NCBI GenBank assembly: GCA_965235115.1 | Contig: OZ249436.1 | Coordinates: forward strand, 20,524,001 to 20,588,000 | Length of the DNA stretch: 64,000 bases | Source of the DNA: Laetmonice hystrix | Taxonomy: Eukaryota | Direction: 5' to 3' | In this document: positions 24,619 through 38,650 of the stretch, one piece after another | Layout of the letters: each line of letters starts with the position of its first letter | How positions within the stretch are numbered: the stretch's first letter is position 1 | Translations under genes and position numbers: made by a program | The notes under the pieces: model-generated | Seen by the model: the letters and a program-made list of their open reading frames with translations, nothing else | The model's database searches: none | What the model was told of the DNA's origin: nothing

Positions 24619-25614
24619 AAGAACCGGCTGTGATGTTGTTTGATAACAGTTTGAAATGTTATCTCTTCCCAAGTTTATTCTGACAATCAATACAGACGGT
24701 CGTTTAGAAACTATAAGAAATCTTTCACCCGGTGAGGTTCCTACTATCATACATCATAGATGAACGGATTTTCTCTCTCGCGCCGCCAACTTGAATGAAT
24801 GCGATTGTAAAAGCAGATAGGATTAATTAGTGATTCATGATTACAGGCAGCTATAGGTAGGAACTCCTGTTTTTTTCATGCGATCAGGCTGAAAAAGTAG
24901 CTTGTTTATCACAACAGCAGAGATATAGAACACCATTTAATAAAGTCTGTCATCACGAAGGAATAACTAAGCTTCTATCTGATTCAGATTTTTAAGATTT
25001 AACATTTTATTAGTAATAGTGATGGGAATCGTTTCGTTGAAATGGCACTTCGCCTTATCATACGCTCACCTCACGTGCGCACAAATACCCCACTGGTTGC
25101 AATTCTATAATCCCCTGTGACTGGGATAATTCAATGCCTTAAGTTTGAAATAGCAAAAATATTATGAACGCCTAACATCAGCCAATGTTGATTTCACAAA
25201 ATCTATGGATTCTTCTGAGGAAGACGACAGTAGATCAGGAAAGAAAACTTGGAGGAGGTATTAACCGCAACTTTTACCTGCTCCAAATTCTCATTTCTAT
25301 ACTACTTAGGAGAGCTCTGGTAAGCTGCTGATCTCAACCATCATTATATTCTAAACTGACTTCATTATTTAGTGGATATTCCATCTGGCACGCAGGCGGG
25401 ACGGTTTTATGCCGTAATAATATGTCCGAGGGAAGCCGAGGCTTACAATCGCCACGACCACGCGTCGTAATGCCATATTCACTATAACACACGCTGCAAG
25501 TCAAAACAACGCCACTTATTACCGCGAGGGGGCACTTACGTCCTGCTCGCTAGAGTAGAAACAGAACATTATGTTTTAATAATATCACTTGTATAAAAGC
25601 ATAATAGCACCTAC

Positions 25615-25720
25615 CTCTGTCGTAACACCCGTTTGTACACACACTCGGCCTGGTTGGTCTGGGCATTGATGAGACAGACTTGGCGTCGACGACATCGTAG
25701 TGGTTGACACGCAGCCGGGT
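25615..25720 (-). CDS. SPOCK: Testican/SPOCK exon, follistatin-N-like four-cysteine module
   Basis: gttgcag| ... AG|gtaggt; reads (D)PAACQPLRCRRRQVCLINAQTNQAECVYKRVLRQ(R); Cys spacing like testican DPCLKVKCSPHKVC...ALCV. Confidence 0.82.
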
Positions 25721-25924
25721 CTGCAACACGCCAACAGGTCAACAAACGAAGAGTAAGATTCTGTTAAATAATAATAATAATTTAATATCTTCACGGAGCT
25801 ATCAAGCTGAGTGGGGTCGCTTTTAGAAGCCATAGAAACAGCCGAGGTTTTTTTTAGTTTGTTTGTCGCTAGTTGATGAAGTGGTCTATAACTAAGCTAC
25901 AGGAGAAAAACACTGAAAGCGCGG

Positions 25925-25986
25925 CCTCCGACCAGTCACACTCCGACCAGTCACACTCCGACCAGTCACACTCCGACCAGTCACAC
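25925..25986. repeat. 15-bp tandem repeat, 4 copies
   Basis: CTCCGACCAGTCACA x4. Confidence 0.95.
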
Positions 25987-28397
25987 CGGTCAATCCGTGT
26001 GTTTGTGTGTGCAGTTTACGGTTGACCTGTCAGGTGGACATGCCCCCCAACCACCCCAGTTGTCCCCAGTGTCTCCCTTCATCGTTAGCGGCTGGCCGAT
26101 CTCACCCCTCAACATTCTGACCAAGAACCTCGACGTTCACACACCGCCAACCTCGCCACTCCGAGGCTCCTCAATGGCCAGGGATCGCTGTAGTCACCAT
26201 GACACTGATGGTTACCGTGGAGAACGGGATTGTATCCAAGCAAACCTATCTCGTATATCTCAGTAGTCCATCTTGTTTATTTCGTTTCCCAAACTAGACT
26301 TCTTTATTCCGACAGTGACGCTGATAGTACAGCAAGGTGACTCACAGTCAACGTTTGTATGCTGCAATGATATACGTCGTTCTGACAGTCCAACGTCTAC
26401 TACTATAAAGTGTTGGTTGACCTGTCTCAGAATGCGACCAGTTACCTCCGTACGTTCAGTATACTGCAGGTTTTATCGTCGTGATTAGATTGGTTTCTAT
26501 ATCCACAGGCTGTGTCATTGGCAGTCCACCACTAGCCGGACATTGAACGAGTATGTTTAAACTGACCGCCGGTACCACCACCGGCTACCTGACCGGCGGG
26601 AGGTCCGGTCACACACACACCCCATCTCCGGCCTCATGCATTCTACATGAGATCGAGAAAATACCAGGCCATCATTTATTGGTTAAAGTCACATCAAGCC
26701 ACATCCAACTATAGGTCTACAGATGATCAAGGTTGCGACAGAATTAGCACACGGGAATCCCTGATACTCAAGACATTAGTCTCGTTAACTTCGGACGACA
26801 TGAGACATAACAGCTTCGTTGACGCTACATTTTCTGTCAATTTGCTAGCTTTCCTGGAGTCAATTTACTCCTAATTAAAAGAACCCCCTCCCGATAGTGT
26901 AGCAGCTTCATTTCATCTCAAGATCGTGACATTTAATTTTGAAATCATGGGGATTTGAAACGAGGGGACTGACAATGTAACTGATACACTGATATCGTAC
27001 GGGTCACAAAACAAGGAGTATAAGTTACAGGTAGACTTTCTGTTGATCTGAGCAATGTTTATATCAAGCCGTAATGACAATGAGATTCTGCTGTTGTACA
27101 GTACCACATCCATGCACCTTCCTACACAATGACTGTTCTCTTATCATTGCGACCGACGCAACATAATACTCCACTTGCCTTATTTCCTTTCTGGTTTTTC
27201 AAATAAAACTGTCACCTTCGGTCGTACCACTACATGAATGCCTAGGCGATGGCCTTTTGCCACTGAAAAGGTTTTAATTTTCAAAATAACATACACTAAT
27301 CAGCACCCAAGTACTAGTAATTAGCCGATATTCAGTATCAATCTCAATTTGTTGCCAACACATACCGAGTGCCCATCATCTCATCTCGACGTCTGTGCTC
27401 CGACCTACTTTACATATTACCTGCTCTACACATTGTCAGTGATGTTTCAGGCACGGGCTGTCGTCCACCTCAGCTCAGCTTGACCATTAATCTAATTATC
27501 TCCTCCCCATGATCAGCGCTCACGCTAGGGCGCGCCACTGCATGCTTGACAACCCTTTATTACACTACTCGGGGAGTCAGGTCATCTGAAGGGGATTACC
27601 CCTGGCAACGGGTCTACTTCGTCACGTCACTTATAACAAAATACCTCCAACACACGTACGCTTACCCAGGTTTCTCTTTCATCTTAATATCTATAAAGCT
27701 ATCGCTGGGAACTGATGCCAGGTTCTGACCTCCAGTTACTGAATCAATGCCGACTTTACTCTCACACCATTCCCTGTAGAGATCCAGAAAGGCTACAACA
27801 CTACCGTGGCATAGCCTCAGGAAAATTGGTATGGATTCCTTTTCTTAACGTTGCCATGCTGAGAACATATTAAATTTGAGCTTCACTTATGACTAAGAAA
27901 TGGCCATTTAGAGGCTGCCACTAGCGGAGTGCACTGAGGAGTGTAGAGATCGACACATCTCCCCTGGGAGCCTGCACAAACTACTCCACTCTGTGCGACT
28001 CGAGCAGCAAATTGCTCGGAGCAGTCACATCATGTTTGATGCAGCTATCTGAGGGGGAAATAGTCAGATTGGGTCAATAGAAAGGAATCACCAGCTCCAG
28101 CCTCCAGCTGGGACGAGCCGGACTAGTGGAGAGACTGTGAAAATAAAAACCTACAAGCTGGTATTAGATGACGTTAGGTGATGTTGAATATCTGAACCTG
28201 GAGGTTGAAGATGGGAAAAGAGACAGGCGTGAAATACAGAGAGAATCTAAGCGACAAGATGTCGTGACAAGATACTAGACAACATTTTAGGTACATTTCT
28301 TCATTTCGTGACCTTGCTAACTGTGTGTGACCAGACCTGAGCCTAGCTAAGCTGGCGATAAACGACCTGTTAATGGTTGGAGTAAGAAAACGGCACG

Positions 28398-30245
28398 AGA
28401 TGTCAGCTGCCAGCTTTCAGACATCGGCGCTGCATTGGTGATAAGATGTCGGCTGACAGCTTTCAGAGGCCGACCATCAGCGAGGCCAAAATGTCGGCTG
28501 TCAGACTTTCAGAGGCCGACCATCAGCGAGGCCAAAATGTCGGCTGACAGCTTTCAGACACTGACCTGCCGTGAGGCCCAGATGTCGGTTGAGATCTCTC
28601 AGACACTGACCTGCCGTGGGGCCCAGATGTCGGCTGGCATCTCTCAGACACTGACCTGCCGTGAGGCCCAGATGTCGGTTGAGATCTCTCAGACACTGAC
28701 CTGCCGTGGGGCCCAGATGTCGGCTGGCATCTCTCAGACACTGACCTGCCGTGGGGCCCAGATGTCGGTTGAGATCTCTCAGACACTGACCTGCCGTGAG
28801 GCCCAGATGTCGGTTGAGATCTCTCAGACACTGACCTGCCGTGAGGCCCAGATGTCGGTTGAGATCTCTCAGACACTGACCTGCCGTGGGGCCCAGATGT
28901 CGGCTGGCATCTCTCAGACACTGACCTGCCGTGGGGCCCAGATGTCGGCTGGCATCTCTCAGACACTGACCTGCCGTGGGGCCCAGATGTCGGTTGAGAT
29001 CTCTCAGACACTGACCTTCGGCGGGGCCCAGATGTCGGCTGAGATCTCTCAGACACTGACCTGCCGTGGGGCCCAGATGTCGGCTGGCATCTCTCAGACA
29101 CTGACCTGCCGTGGGGCCCAGATGTCGGCTGAGATCTCTCAGACACTGACCTGCCGTGAGGCCCAGATGTCGGTTGAGATCTCTCAGACACTGACCTGCC
29201 GTGGGGCCCAGATGTCGGCTGACATCTCTCAGACACTGACCTGCCGTGGGGCCCAGATGTCGGCTGGCATCTCTCAGACACTGACCTGCCGTGGGGCCCA
29301 GATGTCGGTTGAGATCTCTCAGACACTGACCTTCGGCGGGGCCCAGATGTCGGTTGAGATCTCTCAGACACTGACCTGCCGTGGGGCCCAGATGTCGGCT
29401 GGCATCTCTCAGACACTGACCTGCCGTGGGGCCCAGATGTCGGCTGGCATCTCTCAGACACTGACCTGCCGTGGGGCCCAGATGTCGGTTGAGATCTCTC
29501 AGACACTGACCTTCGGCGGGGCCCAGATGTCGGCTGAGACCTCTCAGACACTGACCTGCCGTGGGGCCCAGATGTCGGCTGGCATCTCTCAGACACTGAC
29601 CTGCCGTGGGGCCCAGATGTCGGCTGAGATCTCTCAGACACTGACCTGCCGTGGGGCCCAGATGTCGGCTGGCATCTCTCAGACACTGACCTCCCGTGGG
29701 GCCCAGATGTCGGTTGAGATCTCTCAGACACTGACCTGCCGTGGGGCCCAGATGTCGGCTGAGATCTCTCAGACACTGACCTGCCTTGGGGCCCAGATGT
29801 CGGCTGGCATCTCTCAGACACTGACCTGCCGTGGGGCCCAGATGTCGGCTGAGATCTCTCAGACACTGACCTGCCGTGGGGCCCAGATGTCGGCTGGCAT
29901 CTCTCAGACACTGACCTCCCGTGGGGCCCAGATGTCGGTTGAGATCTCTCAGACACTGACCTGCCGTGGGGCCCAGATGTCGGCTGAGATCTCTCAGACA
30001 CTGACCTGCCGTGGGGCCCAGATGTCGGCTGACATCTCTCAGACACTGACCTGCCGTGGGGCCCAGATGTCGGCTGAGATCTCTCAGACCCGGCCTGCGG
30101 TGGGGCCCACATGGTAATGCAGTCCTCAGACACGTACTGTCCTGTAGCAGGGCCACGATGTCGTCTGACAGCTTTCAAACATCGGCCTGCGGTGGTGCCC
30201 CGATGTACGCAGACATCAGATACCGGCTTGCAGTGGAGCCCACAT
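28398..30245. repeat. 45-bp minisatellite (~34 homogeneous copies, diverged flanking copies)
   Basis: Unit GCCCAGATGTCGGCTGGCATCTCTCAGACACTGACCTGCCGTGGG; core 28555-30090; explains the three 551-560 aa ORFs. Confidence 0.98.
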
Positions 30246-31044
30246 GCTAACAGTCCTCACACGTCCTGAAGCCAGGACACCAAACCGGCCAAAGACGATT
30301 CCAGTCACCTCCGTCACCGAGATCTCTCGGCTCTTATAGGGACCTCAGTCACAGATGTCATGATTGTTACGTTTTCCCACAGAAAAGAAACAGTGGAATG
30401 TTTCATGCTATTCTTTTAGCGAAGCATTTGGTACTTCAATATTTTTCGCGCCGGCTCCCTTTAAGGTTCAGGTGCACCGCTGTGGACCTCGAGAGATGTA
30501 GTGATATTTGTATGACATTTTGTCGGCTTGGTGAGAAATGGGAACAGTCTCTGACGTACCTGTTTTGTGGTAATCTGTAATTCTCTTCCACTCATCTTTA
30601 TACACCGTGTCCGTGCTGAAATCCTGAAACACACAATGAGAATAGAATTTTTAAAAATGATCTTTATCTCATCCTTTTTTGATTCAGTAATATTTTGTTA
30701 GAATACGTATTTTGACCCCTTCTCAATGTTTTGTGGCTAAACCTTATTTATGCAGTACTATTCAGGCAGCTAATCGATACTATTAACATAGAAAACTGTA
30801 GTCTTGGGCAGTACATGTGGTAATTCGACCATTTGACTGACCAGACTGACTGGCCATCGACTGGCCAAGTATCTCACAGAGAATCAAATTATGACTTCTC
30901 CCGGATTGCGGGCTGATAAAAACGTCCATATCTGCGACACGGGAGATAAAAGTCCTTCCTATATAATCTACTGCAATATTCTACGCATACTCACGCAGCT
31001 GTATAAACGTTTGTTTTCACAACCAAGGTTTGAGTTAGTGTGGC

Positions 31045-31373
31045 TTCTATGTCGGAGCACTGTACTATGTCGGAGCACTGCACCGTTCTACGCCGAATTA
31101 CTGTACCGTTCTATGTCAGAGTACTGCACCGTTTCATGTCGGAGCACTGCACCGTTCTATGCCGGAGCACTGCACCGTTCTATGTCGGAGCACTGCACCG
31201 TTCTATGTCAGAGCACTGCACTATGCCGGAGCACTGCACCGTTCTATGTCGGAGCACTGTACTATGTCGGAGCACTGCACCGTTCTACGCCGGAGTACTG
31301 TACCGTTCTATGTCAGAGTACTGCACCGTTTCATGTCGGAGCACTGCACCGTTCTATGTCGGAGCACTGCACC
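31045..31373. repeat. 23-bp minisatellite with shorter variants
   Basis: Unit CGTTCTATGTCGGAGCACTGCAC. Confidence 0.95.
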
Positions 31374-34300
31374 GCCCCTTCCCTCATTTTTCTAGTCTTA
31401 TTGCCACGATATCGAATTGCTTGAGGAAGAAACTTTGCCCAGATTTACGAGAGTTTAAGAGCCCATATCTGTACACTCTGAATGATCTTATAGATAACTA
31501 AGGGGGAGAAGTACTAATGGTAAGCCGTACATAGACTTAAAGAGAAAGAGGATTATATCTACACTAGTAATATTCTAGGAGAGATGGTATTTAACTGGTC
31601 GTTCCAACTGTGCCAAAGGCCAGATTCTTGTAATACCAGTAACTGACCTACAAAGACGTGAAACTTGAATGCTGTACACTGAATACAACCTTCTGACTGC
31701 TAGCTCTCCTGCCTGGTTCCCATAGAGATGAGATGGATGTATATAAAGCCAGGACAACAATCCCAGCATAATACTGGCCCACAGAGCCGTTCCAAGTCCT
31801 GGCCCGCGGATTGTTAACCTTCAGCTAACATTATAATCCAATGACTCCTTACAAATTTAGCACACCTTATTGAAGGTGTGCTACCTTAAATCAAACCCTC
31901 TCATTTAAGTTTTTTCCGTCTCCACCCCCTGAAAATTTATTTTGATTATATTTTTAGATGGTAATCATCAACAGAATATTGACCTAGCATGCGGATGTAT
32001 GGGTATTTATTCAAAGTTATAAAGTAAAAGCCCCTGGGGTGTATGTTCCTGCTGATATTCTGGTGATCCCAGGCACGTTCTAGGACCTATTATCAGGGTC
32101 TACTGCCCGCTCCTCTCGGCTTACTTCTGGGTATTATACATCCAGATGCAATAACTGTAAACCTGACAGCGAATAACCCATCCCAAATATAAATTCTTAA
32201 AAGAGATTAGGTAGGCATTATAGCTGAGAATATGAATATCTTGGTTAAATCCGCCACGTTTGATATACATTGTATCTTCAATTCACTAATACCATCACAT
32301 TGGGATTAGCGCCAACCAAAGTGACAGTATGCCACAAGTAAATGGACTGAAATATTCATTACGCTGGATCATTTTTGAAACTACCAAGATATATAACCGA
32401 TGTCCACATCTTTTTCTCAATATTAGAACACATATTCAAATGCCGGCGCTGAATTTGAATTATAATCACTCGATTCAATATATTTTTCTCTTCAATCAAA
32501 TACAAAACGTAAAGTGAACCATCACTCATTTGATATGGAAACATCTACTTCCACATAATGTCACCATTAGAGATATAAACGATACACAGGGAAAATGTCA
32601 GAAAGTAATCTTGAACTGCATCTTGAAGTAACAAGCATGACCGTATCCGTCCGTTGCCCCTTGGCTGTGTCCGATGTGTGCGGACCGGGTCCTGTAAAAG
32701 CGACCCTCCCGGCATACAGACGTCCCATCACTGCTCCCGGCCTCCCACACGTCCCACTGCAGGGAGCTATTCTCTTTCACCGACAATGACCCCGCTACAG
32801 ACCAGAATTTGGATTCATTGTTTATTATGCTCAACACAAAGAGATTGTTGTTTGCATTAAAGACCTTTTTTTCCTCACTGAGCTGTTTTTGGCGAACAGA
32901 CAGCCTCAAACCTGGAGTGGAGACGTTTCTCCTCCCACTGTTATCGTATAGAACTAACGCCCACCTGAGTAACATTGGGCCTGAGAGTGTACTGTCATTT
33001 CCTCACTGACGTCGAATAGAATGAAATGTGAACTTCGTACAGCTGTGTCAACAATACAGGACTGCATAGGTTCCATCCTAACGAAGAGCTTGTCACTTCA
33101 AGTGGCAGATAACCTCACGTGACCGCTCGCTCCATATGCAAGGCTCAGATCATGGTCTACAGTACGAGCATCTGTCATAACGCACCCTTCAAAGATTTCC
33201 TCATGTCAACATACGTTTTTCAGTCTATTATTCCTTCAGTACACAACGGTTACTAGTGGCCTTTTGTGTAAGCATAAATGGAAAACAGATTCATTACAAA
33301 TTGGATTTGCCTGTATTTGGCATTGTACATACTTGCTAGGCTGCGGGATATATTCCTTACACTGTCAGGATAGCCTTTCACTGAAAGATTCAGTATCAAA
33401 GCGGAGGCTTACATAGGAAAACGTTGACTTAAGGTGTACTATCAGTACGGGGATAACTGTCCGTCTGTACTGCAGATGTTACCGATTCATGTCCAACTTA
33501 GACGTCTATTTCAGTCTGAATACTGCAGCCTCAGGTACAGGGTGACAGCTCCAAGCTGGGAGTAGCTCCCCTGATCAATATTTGCTGTATGTAGGGGCTT
33601 AAAATAAGTCATATTTCATCATCAATATCTTGTGTTTTCAATGCTTCATCCTCAGATTCTGTCGGAATATGTTTTTAACAGAAACATATGACTGGTGGGT
33701 GGAAAGGGTACGTGAAAGTATATTTGGACCCATTGTAATGGGTGTTGTAGGCCAGGGGGAAAACTGACCCTTCTAATTTATTTCAGATTATTTATTACCT
33801 GAAGGACACGATTTTTAAAGATCAGAAAGGATATACCCTGATTATAATATTACCTCATGCATTCCGTCCTATCACTTCAATTTCGTTTTAAATTGTCGTA
33901 ACGTAAGCGCAAGGATTAAGCTGACTACAAAAGTACAATACAGTCACCTTCCAATGCCTAAAACTGTTTTTGTACCGTACAGGTCATCACCAAGGCGACG
34001 TGACGTCACGCCTGACGTCACATCTGCAGCCGAACTCCACAGGATTTGGTGAATGTAAGAGTGATCATAACCACCGTATGAACTTCTGCGTCCAAACGTG
34101 AGGATGCCCAACGAACAATCATAGGCAGGTGCAACAACATGGCACAACCAAAATATCAACAGCCTCAAGACAATAACGGGCAGGTGCCACAAGAATAACA
34201 ACCTACTCCTCCACCATCTGCCTCAAACAGGTGCCCGCAGCTGTCGGCACAGCCGCTTTCCAAGCAGCATCTGTTTTTCCCCTCCCCATTATGGAAGGTC

Positions 34301-34612
34301 TTACTAAGACTCGTCTGTAACCTGATGGGAGTGTCTAGACAAGGCAGAATTTCATTGCCTTAACAGTCCTTCGGGCAATTCTCATGGTTTTACATTAAAA
34401 CGCAGATGTTAAAGTCACATGGGACACTCGTAAATTTGCACCAAGACTTAAAAATGATCTTCAGAATATGAAGTACCTCAACATAATTTTCCCACATTAT
34501 ATAGTAATAATTATAAGTAATATAAATCCCATGGCTTATATGATTTGACCCAGCCAAAATATTTTGAAAGAAACCTTAATAAAACTACCAGCTGTTAAAA
34601 ACGTTGCGGACA

Positions 34613-35084
34613 CAAATGGAACGACAGAGCCATTTCCGGTTTACTTTGCTATTCGGGAACTAGACTCGGACAGTGAAAGTGTAGAAATTCTACGGAAATT
34701 GAACGGGAATCCGCCGGAGGTGTGGGGTGGTCTCTGATCCTGCTGATTAAAAACGTTGTCATCGTGTGGACGCCGCCATTATGGTCAAAGTCGGACTGCC
34801 GAAATCGCATTGTTCCAGCAAATTAGGCCTGTGTAAACCTGTAAAAGTGTTACTTATTTGCTAACTATTAACATGTACAGTCGGTGAAACGTTGTTTATA
34901 TGCACACAACACCTAAAACTGTTGGTCAATCGACTGCACTAAATTTTCAATCGGCAGGATCAGAGACCACACCACATCTCCGGCGGATTCCCGTTAAATG
35001 TCCGTAGAATTCCTACACTTTCACTGTCAGAGTCTAGTCCCCGAATCGTAAAGTAAACCGGAAATGGCTCGGTCGTTCCGATTG
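34613..35084. mobile_element. Foldback MITE with ~140-bp TIRs and 5-bp TSD
   Basis: 34613-34750 is the reverse complement of 34947-35084 (GAGCCATTTCCGGTTTACTTT / AAAGTAAACCGGAAATGGCTC); flanked both sides by GGACA; termini CAA...TTG. Confidence 0.88.
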
Positions 35085-38000
35085 GGACAGACAAACGCTG
35101 CCCCCAGCTACCAGTATTACCGGAAGCACTTTACGAAAATAACCCGGGAGTCTGATTCAATCAAGAACATCCCATTTATCTACCATTTTTGGGGCACTCT
35201 TTGGCATCCACGTTTTCTTGAGTACAGATTCGAGCACGGTTCCATTCGCTGTGCATACTTCTAGTTGCCTGCTTGCGCTCTTCCCAGCCGAGCCACCACT
35301 ATACCACTGTCTGATGAGGCCTTCAGCCCGCGGAGTGCAGCCTTGTCTCTCAGTTACTGGTGGTAGTAAGTCTGCCGAGTTTTAACATCACTACCGAACT
35401 GATCAGGCTGGTTCTTCCATCAATTCGTGATCATTCAGTGATCTTAAGTCACTTTAAGGTCCATTCCTATGTCCTTGTCCCTCTCTGTCCCTCCGTACAG
35501 GCCCTATACGCCATCTTCACTTGATGACAGCCTCAGTAGATTATCATTGTCATGCTGCGGGAAGAACCTGCAGCTATTTGGGAACATACGTCGTACACCA
35601 ATATTAGCCAGACACAGTTTGCTCCGGAGGATTCTAACATTATACAGTATACCGATTACACAATAGATACATTCTTAATACTGGGAATATGATACATAAA
35701 CAAATACACCCACATTTCACATCAAGTGAGATCCGGTAACGATGTAAAAGGAATACTATAATAAACAAGTAGTATATTACAATATCCACAGACAAGTATA
35801 AGAACACTTTTGGTATAGTTCCGGTATGTCCTAGAACATTAGCTGGCACCATCAATTTAATGATAAATATATATCGCCATATTTTTTTTTATATATTTGG
35901 AACTTTTAATCTCGCATGCCTAGTGCCTACAGGTAGCAACTGAGACTGACTCAATATAGACATTACTTGAATCATGAATCACGGCAGAACCGTCGAGATG
36001 GACGTACAGGTACCAAACCTGCCGTAAGTACCTGAGTTAAGGCGACTCGTTGTCATGCAGCTGCTGTCACCAGAAGCCACGACAGATGGAGACAGACAGC
36101 AGTTACCACTAATAGGCACGATGCCCTTTCTTTAGGACTTGGTTGATGGAAGTTTTTGCCGGCCGTCACACAGACACGCCTGGTTAAGTTCTAACATGCC
36201 CACGCCTAGAGTACAGCTCCTGGCAAGCTCTCAGCGAGCTACGTGCCAGCCTCTCAGGCCACCCGATTGCACTCCTGATTTCTGCTGTAAACCAGCATTG
36301 TGAAAACAGCGTTTTTCCGAGGTTTCTGAAGCTGCTAACACGCAAGGCGGCGATAAGTAGGAACGAAGGCCTCAAGCGAGGTTAGAAGGTGCTCGCGGGT
36401 ACTCGGGCCGCTTCCCTGTCAGGAGGGCACGAGGTGGCGAAGTGTGGCGGGAAGAGAGGCACTTGGAAGCTGAGTGAGAAACATGTTAGAGCCACATATG
36501 TATGATGAGACACTTAGGTCTGTCAGCATTCGCGAACTACAGCGGCCAGACCAATTTCATGACTGTATAAACCTGTAGGCCACCCGATCCATATTGATGT
36601 TTCTAACCCAAGGTCGCTGCACCATAACACACCCCAGCAACACTGGAGTGTCGCCAACGGTTCCGTGTAATTTCTTAAATATCTAGCCTAGGACAAAACT
36701 AAAACAAATATGAACTCGATAAATCTGACCTTTTTCAGAGATGATATAGACACTACCAATGTACCTAAACTCAGTGAAATATCTACACAGATTTCTGCCG
36801 CCAGGGGGATTATGATTCAGTACGTTGATCAGACACGGGAAGTGTACCAAAAGAGAGCCTTAATCGAGACCTTCGCAGCCAACAAGCAATTGATTCGCCC
36901 CCCATAACCCTGGCTCTGATGATCCCCTCTGCTTCAGCCATCAATCGTCCACATCCAACCTTTCTCGGCTGACTCAAAGATTCTCGTCATTAAAGTAAAT
37001 TGGCCAACACACGGCCTTCAGGAAGGTTACTAGATACAAGTCCTTTAGTGCTAACTGTACAAGTCCTTCCTTACAGGTCGTTTTTCTCCGAACTGTACAG
37101 TAGATGCTCCTCGAAACTTTCATCATTGCAAAAACATCTCTCATCCAATATGTGGCTTCCTTCCTCTGGTTATTAATATACTACAGTAATGTAGCTTCTA
37201 ATTCTCGTGGATTTTACGAACTTGTGCATGGCAGCGACAGATTTTGCCACTTTCAATTAAGGGCCGATATCACGGCAAATATCAATTTATTCTAACAAAA
37301 TAGGTAGGCCTGTACGGGCAGAGTACCGAATTGACCAGTGGTTGGCTGGCCCACCCTCTCTTCAATCCCTGTGTTCATTTCGCAGCGGCGTGTGATAGCA
37401 CAAATCGGCAGTACATCCAATTACAGTCCTAGCTCCCTACAATCATCACCATCACTCAATGAGCTGACTCCTGGCACCATGTAGTGACCAACTCAATCAG
37501 TAAACACTGGTTACACAACTCAATATCCATGTGACACTCAATCTGTAACAACCATTACCTGTAAATAGTGACATCTTGGCCTGGTCGGCCCATTCTATTA
37601 ACTGATGTGTTCACCTGGCATGGGGTCAGGTATCTCTACGAAAGGTCTAACTATTCCGACAAACCGAAATACACATAGAGAAGATAACAAATTTAAGTAA
37701 TCAGTGAGGATGGGTGCGCACGGTAAAATATAGGATAACAAATTAACTTGGTAACTCGTAATTCTCAAAGAAATCTTTCCTCGCTGTCCCTTGGCTTACG
37801 ACTGGGTCTTACATTTCGTGATCGCATAATATCGGGCCTGGCCCCCTTAGATATTATTATTGTCACGTTTTCTGTGACCACTCTAACAGCCACTCTGGTA
37901 GTTCATCACTCAACCTCCATCCTCCACAAAGCCTGGTCCGCTCTCTTGTGATAACGGAATCAATATACACGGATTACCTCAGATCCCAAATACCTGCATG

Positions 38001-38409
38001 GCTTTATACAGAGGCAAGTCATTGATGTCTCAGTCCTGAGGGATTCCACCGACCTATACTCTTGTTACCAATTGGTAGGAGCACGTACAATATGGGATAT
38101 AACGCACTGGCTTGTAGCATGTTTAGAGGACATGGAATCATGTCATAGATGCTGCATCATGGGGCCTGTTCCTTTGTACTTACAGGCGTTTCATGATACG
38201 TATCCCAGACACTAGCAACCAATGACTGTGATATCTCGCCAGTGTTCCCCGCACAAGTTACACCCAATTAGGGAAAAGGAATTACAGCTTCACTTGTTAG
38301 CGAACCAGCTTTCAAACACAACGGCTGCATGAACCATTTTAGCATGCACGGAGTGGGAAACAATTGTCCTAACTGTTCTTGCGTGCCTACCATCGGGATC
38401 TCAAGGAAT

Positions 38410-38650
38410 CTATCTCCTGGGTGATGGATCCAGGATCGATATTCTTGCTGGCAGAAGAAAAGGATGGATTTCCAATGGAGCTACGGTGATCCGGCTAGCA
38501 CATGATTCAGACACCGGCACAACTTTCACATTCAAAAGGAAATCGTGCACCTTTAAGGATGATAGTCCGGTTTGTATGCATCTCAGGCCTGTAATGCTGG
38601 GATTAGATATTTGGTCCATTAATCGTAATCCGACCATCCTTTGATAAAAA
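38410..38650 (-). mobile_element. Possible decayed 3' end of a CR1-like LINE ORF2
   Basis: IQTGLSSLKVHDFLLNVKVVPVSESCA...EIHPFLL resembles the GLSSLxxH...C...HFLL zinc-knuckle tail of invertebrate CR1 elements; weak. Confidence 0.3.

Noticed and set aside
27666..27690. 25-nt candidate exon with strong gtaagc donor
   Set aside because: Phase 0 entry hits a stop; phase 1 entry exits in phase 2, which does not fit the 25720 acceptor.
28435..30178. 551-560 aa ORFs on both strands
   Set aside because: Translation of a 45-bp tandem repeat; no unique domain, signal peptide or convincing splice context.
31575..31769. Decayed LINE RT C-terminal fragment
   Set aside because: Resemblance (SVTG...W..LE) is too degraded to support without a search.
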